Source: Promethearchaeati archaeon SRVP18_Atabeyarchaeia-1 (GTDB lineage Archaea; Asgardarchaeota; Atabeyarchaeia; Atabeyarchaeales; Atabeyarchaeaceae). From it: DNA of 64,000 nucleotides. Under the pieces are notes generated by a model. The model saw only the letters and a program-made list of their open reading frames with translations, made no database searches and was not told the DNA's origin. Position 1 is the stretch's first letter. Every line of letters starts with the position of its first letter. Made by a program: the position numbers and the translations under genes. Of the stretch, positions 39,117-48,630 are shown in pieces. The stretch spans positions 608,001 to 672,000 of the forward strand of contig CP147779.1 of NCBI GenBank assembly GCA_037308085.1, in the 5' to 3' direction.

Positions 39117-39998
39117 TCATCGGAGTCTAAGGACTTTGTCCCATTGGTGGCTAACCCACTTCTTCAACTCATCTATGCCTTCCTTCGCGATGCCCTCGAA
39201 TCTCCCTTGGGGCTTGAGGTACTCTTCGATGGGGATTCTCTTCTCAGAATCGACCAAGTTCTTGCTGGCACCAGTCAGTGTGAGCTTCCCATTCTGGATC
39301 TCGAAGAGTATCCATACTCCTGACATCACTGCCAACCGTCCTATTTCCACTGTGTCGCTTGCCTCGTACAGCCACCCAGTGGGGCATGGGGCCATTATGT
39401 GAATGTACTTGGTTCCTTTGATGCCCTTAGCCTTTGCTACCTTATCGTACAGATCCTTGGGGTAGGATGAACATGCAGTTGCCACGTACTCGATTTCATG
39501 GGCTGCCATAATCATTGGGAGGTCCTTCTTGTTTTCGCGCTTTCCCGAGGGTGTCGTAGTGGTTTTCATTCCATAGGGTGTTGCGCCCGACCTCTGTATA
39601 CCCGTGTTCATGTATGCCTCGTTATCGTAACATATGTACAAGAAGTTCGTGCCCCGCTCAGCGGCTCCAGATAGCGCCTGTATCCCGATGTCTGCCGTCC
39701 CACCGTCGCCAGCCCAAGAAAGGACCGTGATGTCTTGGATGTCCTGTACCTCTAGGGCCGCCTCTACTCCAGATGCCGCCGCTGCGGCAGAAGCGAAGGC
39801 TATGTTAAGGGTAGGTATGTCAAGCGCAGACCTCGGGTATAAACCTTGGATCACGCTTGTGCAGCACGCCGGAACCACAATTATCGTTCTTCTTCCTAAT
39901 GCCTTTAGAGTGTACCTAAGCGCCAAGGTGCCGCCGCATCCTGCGCATGAGCTGTTTCCCGGCAGAAGTGTCTCCTCTTCAGGAAATCCCAGTATCAT
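39117..39998 (-). CDS. porB: Pyruvate/2-oxoacid:ferredoxin oxidoreductase beta subunit
   Basis: CAGCG, GDGGTADIG, YDNEAYMNTGIQRS, PCPTGW. Confidence 0.93.
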   Translation of the reverse strand: MILGFPEEETLLPGNSSCAGCGGTLALRYTLKALGRRTIIVVPACCTSVIQGLYPRSALDIPTLNIAFASAAAAASGVEAALEVQDIQDITVLSWAGDGGTADIGIQALSGAAERGTNFLYICYDNEAYMNTGIQRSGATPYGMKTTTTPSGKRENKKDLPMIMAAHEIEYVATACSSYPKDLYDKVAKAKGIKGTKYIHIMAPCPTGWLYEASDTVEIGRLAVMSGVWILFEIQNGKLTLTGASKNLVDSEKRIPIEEYLKPQGRFEGIAKEGIDELKKWVSHQWDKVLRLR

Positions 39999-40002
39999 CT
40001 TG

Positions 40003-41205
40003 TTATTGCACTCCCCTTTTCAAGTTGAACCACTTTTCTTCCCTTTCTGTTTCTCCCTTTTCCAAGGCCTTTGCAGCTTCTTCAAACATTGCCTTTTGAT
40101 GATCGGGCGTTATGTCTCGTCCACCAAGTCCTGCCACGTATCCAAGCACAAGTGGTTGCCTCCCCATTCCGTAGAGCGCGGACCTTGCTTCGGTAAACAC
40201 AGCTCCGCCTGATCCATAAGAGATGTTCCTGTCCAGAATAACAAACGCCTTCACTCTTTCGGCGAGGTCTCTCAGTTCCACCGATGGGAAGGGCCTGAAT
40301 ACCCTGAGTTTGGCCGCGCCTACTTTATGTCCATCTTCTCTCATCTCATCTACGACTGCTCTTGCCTGTGCGGCCAGCGTTCCCATACTCACCATTACGA
40401 TTTCGGCGTCGCTGCAGCGGTACTCTTCGATCAGCCCACCGTGGCTTCGTCCGAATTTCCGCTTGAATTCACCATCAACCCGGCTCAGTGCCTCTCTCAC
40501 AGAATTCATTGATTTGTGGGCGAGATATCTGTTCTCCATGTAGCTCGGGGTCCCTTCGTCCCCAGGCTCATCCATGTTGAGGCTCCCCAATGTCATTGGG
40601 TTGTCGATGTCGAGCAGCAGGTGTTTTTTTGAGTCGTGGGGTATGAACTCATCGACATCTGCCTGGGCTGGAAGCTCAAGCGGTTGAGCTGTATGTGAAA
40701 GAATGAATCCGTCCAAGCAGATCATGGAGGGAAGAAGCGTCTCCTCAGAGATTCTGTAAGATTGAATGACAGTATCGAATATTTCCTGGTTGTCTTCGAC
40801 GTAGAACTGGATCCATCCGGTGTCCCTCTGAGATATGGAGTCGTTATGGTCGACATGAATGTTCCATGGTCCCAGCGCTCTGTTCACCACACACATTACA
40901 ACCGGTAGCCGCATAATGCTTGTCCAGTGCAACATTTCGTGCATGTATAGAAGTCCGTGGGATGACGTCGCTGTGAAGACTCTTGCTCCCGCTGCGCACG
41001 CACCTATGCAAGCGGCCATAGCTGAGTGTTCTGACTCTACTCTGACATATTTCGCCTTCAGCTGGCCATCCTCAATTATCTTGGCCAGCCTTTCGACAAT
41101 CGTTGTCTGAGGCGTAATGGGATACGCAGCAACGACCTGTACCCGCGCGAATCTTGCCGCTTCCGCAGCGGAGTAGTTTCCAGTAGTTATTGTTACCTGA
41201 CCCAT
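40003..41205 (-). CDS. porA: Pyruvate/2-oxoacid:ferredoxin oxidoreductase alpha subunit
   Basis: AAYPITPQT, VESEHSAM, FTATSSHGL, GLGGRD. Confidence 0.93.
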   Translation of the reverse strand: MGQVTITTGNYSAAEAARFARVQVVAAYPITPQTTIVERLAKIIEDGQLKAKYVRVESEHSAMAACIGACAAGARVFTATSSHGLLYMHEMLHWTSIMRLPVVMCVVNRALGPWNIHVDHNDSISQRDTGWIQFYVEDNQEIFDTVIQSYRISEETLLPSMICLDGFILSHTAQPLELPAQADVDEFIPHDSKKHLLLDIDNPMTLGSLNMDEPGDEGTPSYMENRYLAHKSMNSVREALSRVDGEFKRKFGRSHGGLIEEYRCSDAEIVMVSMGTLAAQARAVVDEMREDGHKVGAAKLRVFRPFPSVELRDLAERVKAFVILDRNISYGSGGAVFTEARSALYGMGRQPLVLGYVAGLGGRDITPDHQKAMFEEAAKALEKGETEREEKWFNLKRGVQ

Positions 41206-41208
41206 GCT

Positions 41209-41490
41209 CTATTCACTCTCTCGAGACATCTCTATAGCCTTAAATTTGCACTCACGGGCGCAAATTCCACAACCCTTGCAGTAAGTATAATCAATCTTGG
41301 GGAAGCCGTCCTCTCCCTTTGATATGGCTCCCTCAGGGCAGAACTGCCAGCAGAGCATGCACTTCTTGCATTTCGCAGGGATTATTGAGGGTTTGAATGT
41401 TCTCCAAAGACCAGTTTTGCCGCCAGCGCCTTTGGTGGGTTTAGAATATTCTGTAATAGGTCTGGGTGTTTCTTCGCTTGTTTTTGACAT
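41209..41490 (-). CDS. porD: 2-oxoacid:ferredoxin oxidoreductase delta subunit
   Basis: TGLWR..KP; two CxxCxxCxxxC motifs. Confidence 0.92.
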   Translation of the reverse strand: MSKTSEETPRPITEYSKPTKGAGGKTGLWRTFKPSIIPAKCKKCMLCWQFCPEGAISKGEDGFPKIDYTYCKGCGICARECKFKAIEMSRESE

Positions 41491-41520
41491 AAAGATCCAC
41501 TTTCTCCAATTCCGCGAGTT

Positions 41521-42096
41521 TTACTGATCTACCTGATGGACTTCTTGATAAGCTTCCTCTGCCCCTTTCAGGTTCCGCTTCCCCACTTCGCCCTTCCAGC
41601 CTTCAAGAATTGCCCTTCCCACGTTCTTCATGTCCACAAGTTTTGTTGCCTTAGAAAACGCTCCAAGAATTGGGGTGTTCACCACAGGTTGCCCCGCGAC
41701 CACGAGGCCCAGCTTGAGCGCTATCGCGGTTGCATCCACAGCGAAAATCTGGAGCTTCTGTCGAGTATCCGCCTCAACGCGCTCTTTCGTCGTGTTCACC
41801 ACTAGAAAAGCGTTCTCTCTAACCCCTTCCAGTACGTTGGTGATTCTTAACAAAGTCGAATCTAGGACCACCAAGACATCAGGGTTGTATATCTGACTGT
41901 GAACAAGTATCGGGTTCCTTGATATTCTAGTGAAGGCCCGGATTGGAGCCCCTCTCCTTTCAGCTCCGAAGAAAGGAAAGGCTTGCGTGCCTTTGAAACC
42001 GGCATACATTGCAGCCTTAGCCAGCAAAGTAGCTGCAGTCACCGCGCCCTGACCACCGCGGCCGTGCCACCTTATTTCCCAGATTTTCTCGGGCAT
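41521..42096 (-). CDS. porG: 2-oxoacid:ferredoxin oxidoreductase gamma subunit
   Basis: EIRWHGRGGQGAVTA, FGAERRGAP. Confidence 0.93.
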   Translation of the reverse strand: MPEKIWEIRWHGRGGQGAVTAATLLAKAAMYAGFKGTQAFPFFGAERRGAPIRAFTRISRNPILVHSQIYNPDVLVVLDSTLLRITNVLEGVRENAFLVVNTTKERVEADTRQKLQIFAVDATAIALKLGLVVAGQPVVNTPILGAFSKATKLVDMKNVGRAILEGWKGEVGKRNLKGAEEAYQEVHQVDQ

Positions 42097-42284
42097 GAAA
42101 ATTGACTCCCTAGAAACGCTTTAGACTCATCGGCGAAGTGCCTGTCATCCAAGCGCCGCCGAAGTTTGCCCCTCTTGGCGAGGAGTAGATCTCACAGTGA
42201 TATCAAAGGTTAAACTCTCTCGCCGACACTCATTAGAAAGCGCTACTACAAAATAAATTAGTCTATGTTTGTTCGGTTTATTCG

Positions 42285-42568
42285 AATGGACGGAAACTCA
42301 CGGAAATGCAGAGGAGAAACCCCAAATCCTCCAGGTACGAGAAGAATCTTCTGCATGGAATACGCATATCGGACTAACGAAACCGTAGGTGTTGGCTTTC
42401 TGCATATCACCAAGTGTCATTCGAGACTTGGTGACGTAGCAGCCGCTTGCCCACCTGTCCTGCCAGGCGCCGGCTCAACTCCATTGCCGGCAGCAGTCGG
42501 ATTCCCACCTGGAGGAACTATGCCAAAGTTGAACCCAAAAAAGAGGTTTGGTGGGTTTTGTAACGTCA
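42285..42568 (-). ncRNA. Candidate structured non-coding RNA of unknown class
   Basis: Long closing stem, nested hairpins and a possible 7-bp pseudoknot; G-U pairs favour the minus strand; TATA-like TTTATAAA at ~42590-42597. Confidence 0.5.
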
Positions 42569-42716
42569 CAGAGTTGTTGAAAGTAACTTTTTATAAATAA
42601 GGCAAATTAATAGTAAGGCTGACTTGCGCCGTCACGCTTTGACAAAATCATGCTAATAAGGATTCGTCATAGCGACCAGCGACGGGTGAACTGAGTTTCT
42701 TTGAGGGAGAGAGTAG

Positions 42717-44549
42717 TTGTCGAAAGAGGAAACGGTTTCGAGAATGTACAGCAGGCTTTTCAAATTGCCTCGGCTTTCTGGGATACTTGTGCTTGGGATC
42801 GGTTTCAGTGCCCTGCTGGATATTCTTGTCGTGAACGCATTCCTTCCTCTCCTGGCAGAAGCCATCTTCCAGCTTACACTCTTTGCCGTGCTGCTCATTG
42901 GGTTTGCCTTCTTGCTGAGCTCCTTTCTGCTTTCTTCGTTTCTATCCAGCCGGGTCTTCTTGCACAGAGTTTCGGGGGTCATGAACTTAAGGAGGAGCCT
43001 TGGTGTCTCGCTATTCTCGCTGATTTCGACGAGCGGCATATTTCTCGTGGGCTGGATCCTCCTTGTGCTGTCGCCTCTGTCCCTGTTGAGGGAATTTGCT
43101 GTTTTTGGACTGGCGATTGGTTTCGTTATTAGATTACTTGTGGATTCAGTCATGCTACAGGGCCACCTCGGCCGCACCCTAGCAGATTCCCTGAGTCAGC
43201 CTATACTCTGCTCCATATGGTTTCTCTGGCTTCTCGGGCTTTCTTGGTATATAGATTTCATCCTCCGTTTTATTGGTGTGACAGTTCTTTTCGCTGTCTC
43301 GACTTTGCTGTATGTCAAGGCCATAGGTTCGCAGCTGAAGAAATTCACGGGCATTGACGGTCGATCTTTCTTCAGTTCCTTCCTGAGCGAGTGGGGGGCT
43401 GGCCTCGGAGAAGAGCTTGAGAAGATCATAGACAAGAATTCGGTGAAGAGGGATCTGAAGGTGGCGATACTTTCATTCATAGATATGAAAGGGAAAACGA
43501 GGTCAGTCCTCATTGTTCCCACAATTCATCCAGGTCCCTTCAGGGGGGTCGGTTCGAGTGATCTTCCAGCCTACCTGATGCGCAGCCTGGGAGACAAGCT
43601 AGGATGCCCGGTAGTGTGCGCTCATGGTCCCAGTACGCACGGGGAAAACTTGGTTAGATCCAACCAGCGCGAAGAGGTCTATAGGCAGCTAGCGAAACTC
43701 CTTGGAGAGTCCCCCACGTATGATCGTTCAAGCCCACTGGCTAAGGCAACTAGCGCTGGCGTTTCTGTTGGATGCCAAATATTCGGGGACTTTGCCCTTT
43801 TGACAGGGGGTTCCTCGTCCTCGGTTCCGATAGATGACGTCAGCCTTGATGTGGGTGAGGCTGCAGTAGGTGCAGCTAGGAAATACGCTAAGGAAGCATT
43901 TTTCATCGATTCTCATAGTTGCATAGACGCCTCAAGCGATTATGTCTGGTCAGGGTCGAAGATCAGTGAAGCCTTTGTTAAGGCGTCTGAGAAGGCTACT
44001 GAACGCGCTTCTGGTCTAGCGAAATCGGCCTTCAGAGTTGGGGCGGCCAAAACAAGATCTACGGGTATCTCCCTTAACGAGGGAATGGGAGAAGAGGGTG
44101 CGTCAGCGCTGGTTATGAAGATCGCCGACCAGAAGATTGCATACGTCTTCTTCGATTCAAATAACCTTGTATCTAACATAAGTGAACAGATCGCGACGGA
44201 GTTAAAGAAGAGGGGCTTCAGTGAAGTCGAGGTCCTTACTAGTGACACACACACCACCAGCGCTTTAACTCCTGGGAAGATGGGGTATAACCCGCTGGGT
44301 TACTCCACTCCTTACGCCAAGCTGCTTGAGATTGTCTTATCTACCGTAACTACAGCCGAGCAGAACATGGAGGACGCAGTTGTATGTGCAGGGGTTCATA
44401 CACTCAAAGACGTGAAGGTCGCTGGTGAAGAGAATATGCAGAATATTCTAAAGGGGACAAGGGGTTCCCTACGTGCTGCGAAGAATCTCGCTCCTTTGGC
44501 TTTTGGTCTACCCACGCTATTAAGTATTATCATGCTTCTCTTAGTGTAG
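42717..44549 (+). CDS. DUF2070-family membrane protein
   Basis: Multi-TM N-terminus; IHPGPF, HG.STH, IDSH, DSNN, TSDTH. Confidence 0.85.
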   Translation: MSKEETVSRMYSRLFKLPRLSGILVLGIGFSALLDILVVNAFLPLLAEAIFQLTLFAVLLIGFAFLLSSFLLSSFLSSRVFLHRVSGVMNLRRSLGVSLFSLISTSGIFLVGWILLVLSPLSLLREFAVFGLAIGFVIRLLVDSVMLQGHLGRTLADSLSQPILCSIWFLWLLGLSWYIDFILRFIGVTVLFAVSTLLYVKAIGSQLKKFTGIDGRSFFSSFLSEWGAGLGEELEKIIDKNSVKRDLKVAILSFIDMKGKTRSVLIVPTIHPGPFRGVGSSDLPAYLMRSLGDKLGCPVVCAHGPSTHGENLVRSNQREEVYRQLAKLLGESPTYDRSSPLAKATSAGVSVGCQIFGDFALLTGGSSSSVPIDDVSLDVGEAAVGAARKYAKEAFFIDSHSCIDASSDYVWSGSKISEAFVKASEKATERASGLAKSAFRVGAAKTRSTGISLNEGMGEEGASALVMKIADQKIAYVFFDSNNLVSNISEQIATELKKRGFSEVEVLTSDTHTTSALTPGKMGYNPLGYSTPYAKLLEIVLSTVTTAEQNMEDAVVCAGVHTLKDVKVAGEENMQNILKGTRGSLRAAKNLAPLAFGLPTLLSIIMLLLV

Positions 44550-44585
44550 CAGATCCTGCCTATATTAGTAAAGGGTGTCTGAGGC

Positions 44586-45083
44586 TTGCCCAAGAAGTCT
44601 GGTACCTGCCCGTATTGCATGTCTCGCTCGTTTGAGTTACGAGAGGCTGAAACCGTGCTACCCCATTTTGGCAGGGTCCTGATCATGACTTCTCTTTGCA
44701 GGACTTGCGGGTATAGACACAGCGATGTGACCTCTCTAGAGGATCATGGACCCAAGAGGTACGAGGTCAAAATATCGAGGCGAGAAGACCTTAGGATCAA
44801 GATTGCAAGAGCAGGCTCTGCCTCGGTAGAGATCCCGGAATTTGGGCTACGGTTAGATCCAGGTGACGATAGCCAATCGTTCATAACGAACATCGAGGGT
44901 ATACTGCAGAGATTCGAGGAGGCAATACTGCGACTCAAAACCTTGGATTCCAGCAAGACAGCTGAGCTTGACAATGAATTGCATAGAATTGCGGTTGCTA
45001 AGGAAGGGAAGATCCCCTTTACGGTAATAGTTGAGGACCCTCTGGGGAATACCACGGTAATTGATGACTACTTAGTCTCGTAG
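44586..45083 (+). CDS. ZPR1 zinc-finger protein
   Basis: CPYC, PHFG, C..CGYR.SD, FITNIEGIL, FTVIVEDPLGN. Confidence 0.9.
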   Translation: MPKKSGTCPYCMSRSFELREAETVLPHFGRVLIMTSLCRTCGYRHSDVTSLEDHGPKRYEVKISRREDLRIKIARAGSASVEIPEFGLRLDPGDDSQSFITNIEGILQRFEEAILRLKTLDSSKTAELDNELHRIAVAKEGKIPFTVIVEDPLGNTTVIDDYLVS

Positions 45084-45153
45084 TGCCAGGTTGCGACCGT
45101 TCTTGGAGAGCGTCTTCAGGCGAAGGCAACGGAGATAAATTTATCTGTTTGCG

Positions 45154-45453
45154 TTGGGGTACGTGACTCGGGTCTTGAGATTGGAGGAGGCAAAGCCAAG
45201 GTTATCGGCCATAGGCGTCCTTAGCGAATGCGTGGGCAGAAGGATCAGGGTTATTGTACAGGACAGCTTTGGCTATGAAGGGACTCTTTCTGCGGTGTCT
45301 CAGTCCCCTCCATGTCTATTTCTCTCTGACGCCGAGGCTATCGTAATCAGGACAACCATAGCTGATCCAGTGCCGAGAATCGTCAGCAAGGAAAGAAGAA
45401 GCTCGATATTCGTAAACCTGGATTCCATCCTAAGAATTGAGATACCGGACTGA
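45154..45453 (+). CDS. Small Sm/Lsm-fold-like protein
   Basis: L...VGRRIRV......YEGTL.....LFLSDAE and IFV..DSI..IE resemble the Sm1/Sm2 motifs. Confidence 0.5.
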   Translation: MGYVTRVLRLEEAKPRLSAIGVLSECVGRRIRVIVQDSFGYEGTLSAVSQSPPCLFLSDAEAIVIRTTIADPVPRIVSKERRSSIFVNLDSILRIEIPD

Positions 45454-45496
45454 CGATATTTAACTAAGAATGCAGTTGCGCCCAGCCCTTCACTCT

Positions 45497-45670
45497 CTAC
45501 AAAATTCCCAGATGCGCCAGAACCACGAGCACAATCAGGCCGACGGACATCATGGTGACCACTACGGGGCTGAACTTGACACCCTTCATCTCATCCTGAA
45601 AGAATCTCATCAAGCCGGCACCAGTGGCTGGCATGACTCCCTCTTCCCGTCTTCTTGCCCTTTTCGACAT
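45497..45670 (-). CDS. secG: Preprotein translocase Sec61beta/SecG (57 aa, missing from ORF track)
   Basis: MSKRARRREEGVMPATGAGLMRFFQDEMKGVKFSPVVVTMMSVGLIVLVVLAHLGIL; AGL.RFF motif plus one TM helix. Confidence 0.9.
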   Translation of the reverse strand: MSKRARRREEGVMPATGAGLMRFFQDEMKGVKFSPVVVTMMSVGLIVLVVLAHLGIL

Positions 45671-45838
45671 TCCGCAGCTCCTCCAGAGCTTCTTTCACTA
45701 GTGCATATTGAATCAATGGAATGGTTATTAAGGTTATTGTTCAAGAGGTGCGCTAGTTTCAGCGAAGAAAGATTAAATTATGTATTTGAAATCTATCTCA
45801 TGTAGGCTAGAAAAAGAATTCCCGGAGGATGCGAAAGT

Positions 45839-47205
45839 TTGGAAATTGATTCTGCCAAGCGAACGTATACGAAGATTAGGGATTTGTTGCGTGAACACCA
45901 TGAATGGTTTGATGCTAGTATACCTTTGATAGCTAGCGAGAATGTTCCGAGTCCTGCAGTTCGTGCAGCGGTCGCTTCAGATTTTGGCAACCGGTATGCG
46001 GAAGGCTGGCCTGGAGAGTAAGTGCTCGGCTCCAACTCTGAGCATTTTCCAGAAAGCGGGTCTATGCCGGTTGCAAATATATCGATCAGGTTGAGCTGAT
46101 TTGTAGCGACTTAGCTAGGAAGCTCTTCAAAGCCGAGTTTGCCGATGTTAGGCCCATCTCTGGTGTTGTAGCCAATCTGGCTGTTTACACAGCCTTCTCC
46201 GAGCCGGGAGACCGAATGATGGCGTTACCGATCCCCGACGGCGGACACATAAGCCACGCAAAGAGGTCTTTAGGCGGGACGGCGGGATCCGTTCACGGGC
46301 TTAGAGTCAGGTACTTCGAGTATGACGAGAACGAGCTCAACATCGATGTTGACAGAAGCATAAAGCGGATAAAGAAGACGATAAGCAAGGGCAAAGCCAT
46401 CACTCTGTTCATGTTTGGTGCTAGCGTCTTTCCCTTTCCGCACCCTGTCAAAGAGTTCCGGGAGATCGCTGATGAGATGGGCTCATTCATAGCATACGAC
46501 GGGGCCCATGTGTCAGGGTTAATTGCCGGTGGGTGCTTCCAAGATCCCCTGAGAGAAGGGGCTGACGTATTCTCCATGAGTACACACAAGACTATGCCTG
46601 GTCCGCAGGGAGGCCTCGTAGTTTCTTGGGAGAAGTACGCTGAGCGAATAAAGAAAGCTACATTTCCTGGCCTCACGAGCAACCATCATCTCAACACGGT
46701 TGCTGGAAAAGCGATAGCATTTGCCGAGATGATGGCATTCGGCAAGGAGTACGCTAGGCAGATTATTGCAAATGCCAAAGCTCTCGCTCAGGCCCTACAC
46801 GAGGAAGGCTTCAACGTGCTGGCAGAGCGTAAGGGGTTCACCGAATCCCACACTATATTGGTTGACATAACGGGCACTCCCCTCAAAGATGGTCGTGCCT
46901 GCGAGCAGGCCCTGGAATCATCAAACATAATCATCAACAGAAATCTCCTGCCTTGGGACATTCGGAAAGGTCGCAACTACCTTGCACCTGGGGGCATACG
47001 CTTGGGGACGAGCGAGGTAACAAAGTTAGGCATGAGAGAATCCGAGATGAGAGAAATAGCATCCCTCATTAGGCGCGTCATCATCGATCGCAAGAATCCC
47101 AATGACATGAGCCGGGTCGTAAAGGAATTTAGGCAGCCATTCAAGAAGGTCAAGTTCTGCTTTGAATCACAGGCTGACGCCTACGAGTACTTCGACATAA
47201 AATAG
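45839..47205 (+). CDS. glyA: Serine hydroxymethyltransferase, split by a 38-nt putative intron: join(45839..46016,46055..47205)
   Basis: LIASEN, RYAEGWPG|ERVYAGCKYID, GGHISH, YDGAH, STHKT (PLP Lys), GIRLGT. Confidence 0.92.
46017..46054 (+). other. Putative bulge-helix-bulge mRNA intron
   Basis: Central helix CUGG(46011-14)/CCAG(46049-52), bulges AGA and AAA, inner stem AAGUGCUC/GAGCAUUU; contains the in-frame TAA. Confidence 0.8.
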
Positions 47206-47231
47206 CACTATGCGATTGGCACTGTAGCTTT

Positions 47232-48523
47232 GGTTCTGTCAAGTCCTCGGTTGATGACCGTTTGAGCTGACTTCTCCGCTTTGGCTCACCGCCTTGTTTA
47301 AGGGTCGGATCACTGCTACACGTGCGGAGCGATCTAGGGTGAACCGCACCCTTTCATCTTGGATTTTGAGCATGTTCAAGCAGGCATTCACGTGGCGGTT
47401 TGTTCCGCAGCATTCTAGAGTTTTCGCTTTCGGGTCTTGCATCACGCACCCACACACCGCGCATACCCTAGAAGTGTTCCTCGGGTTTACCTTGATGGTT
47501 TGGACTCCTTCCCAGAGAGCTTTGTACTCGATGAAGCCTTGCAGCTTGCGGAAGCTCCACGAGTTCAGCCTCCGCTTCAGCCTCTTGGAGTGTATGCTAA
47601 TCCTTTGAATTCTCCCATTGAAGTTGTTGGCGCTTAAGACCTTGCGGTTGACTGCCTTGCGGATGTATGTGAGGTCTTCGAGGATAATGCCTTGCTCTCT
47701 ATTTTTCGCTTGCCTAACTATGGCTGAACTCACTTGATGCAGAACCGTGTTGACCTTGTTGTCCTGATTGGTGTACCAGTTTCTCTGAATCCTCTTCGCC
47801 ACCCGCCTGTCCTTAGCGTACTTGGCTTGAGCCCTTCGAACACGTTCGAAGTACCCGTGCCTAACCTCTGAAACCGCCGATAAATCATGGCTCTCGATAG
47901 TCAGTTCTCCACTTTCTTCTAGGCTAGCTCCATCAATTGAGCGCTCGTTCGTGTCGTACGCAACGTAGCTCTTGGGCTCGGTAACCTCAGCGATCTTCGA
48001 GAAAACCACTGTAACCGTGCAAGCAGTCAATGTGACCGAGCCTAACTTCAGCGAGGCGTCCGACAGGAACTGTACCGCCCTCTTATGAAAGGGGATGTAG
48101 AAGTACTCTCGCGGCTTGGTGGGTATCCTCAGCCTGCCGTCAACAACCCTATAACCCTGATTCCCAAGTTTAGCCGTGAGTTTCGTGGCCCTCGGCACTC
48201 GAATGCTCTGTCGCCTTCTCTTCGCTTTCCGGTGATTCTTCAGGATGGCAGTGGCAGCCTCGATGGCTGAGAGGCTGTACCAAGTGTGGAGACCGAAATC
48301 GCCTAGCCGGCGGTACACCTCGCTCTGCAGGCTGAACCTTGAACTAATGTTCTTCTCCAGACCTACACGGATGCAATAGTTAACCATGCTCTTGAAGGTC
48401 TCAAGGAGACCAAGGACACTGCTCGTAGGCTCGTATGGCATCTGCACCGCTTTGATTGCCTGCATAAAGTCATGTAAGCTAAACCACTCATTTAAACCCA
48501 CTAACCGAAGACTTGACAAAACG
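47232..48523 (-). mobile_element. tnpB-only element with IS6-type TIRs and a perfect 8-bp TSD
   Basis: Ends GGTTCTGTCAAGTCCTCGGTT and AACCGAAGACTTGACAAAACG; GTAGCTTT at 47224-47231 and 48524-48531. Confidence 0.9.
47239..48465 (-). CDS. tnpB: TnpB (Cas12f-like) RNA-guided nuclease, intact frame
   Basis: RuvC-I VAYDTN, RuvC-II IILEDL, NPRNTS, CAVC..ECC Zn finger, RuvC-III RHVNA. TTTAAA upstream inside the element; stop codon lies in the TIR. Confidence 0.92.
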   Translation of the reverse strand: MQAIKAVQMPYEPTSSVLGLLETFKSMVNYCIRVGLEKNISSRFSLQSEVYRRLGDFGLHTWYSLSAIEAATAILKNHRKAKRRRQSIRVPRATKLTAKLGNQGYRVVDGRLRIPTKPREYFYIPFHKRAVQFLSDASLKLGSVTLTACTVTVVFSKIAEVTEPKSYVAYDTNERSIDGASLEESGELTIESHDLSAVSEVRHGYFERVRRAQAKYAKDRRVAKRIQRNWYTNQDNKVNTVLHQVSSAIVRQAKNREQGIILEDLTYIRKAVNRKVLSANNFNGRIQRISIHSKRLKRRLNSWSFRKLQGFIEYKALWEGVQTIKVNPRNTSRVCAVCGCVMQDPKAKTLECCGTNRHVNACLNMLKIQDERVRFTLDRSARVAVIRPLNKAVSQSGEVSSNGHQPRT

Positions 48524-48630
48524 GTAGCTTTTAAGTAGTTTCAGACTTTATGTATAGTACCAGACATGGTTCTTTTCGGCTTCGGAGCGGGAGACTGCCT
48601 GGAAGTGTGCTGAGCTAACTACTGGGAGGT

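Noticed and set aside
46019-46021. glyA stop as readthrough, recoding or simple pseudogenisation
   Set aside because: The stop is TAA and the downstream part is in another frame. A discrete 38-nt structured insert explains both, and no other lesions are visible.
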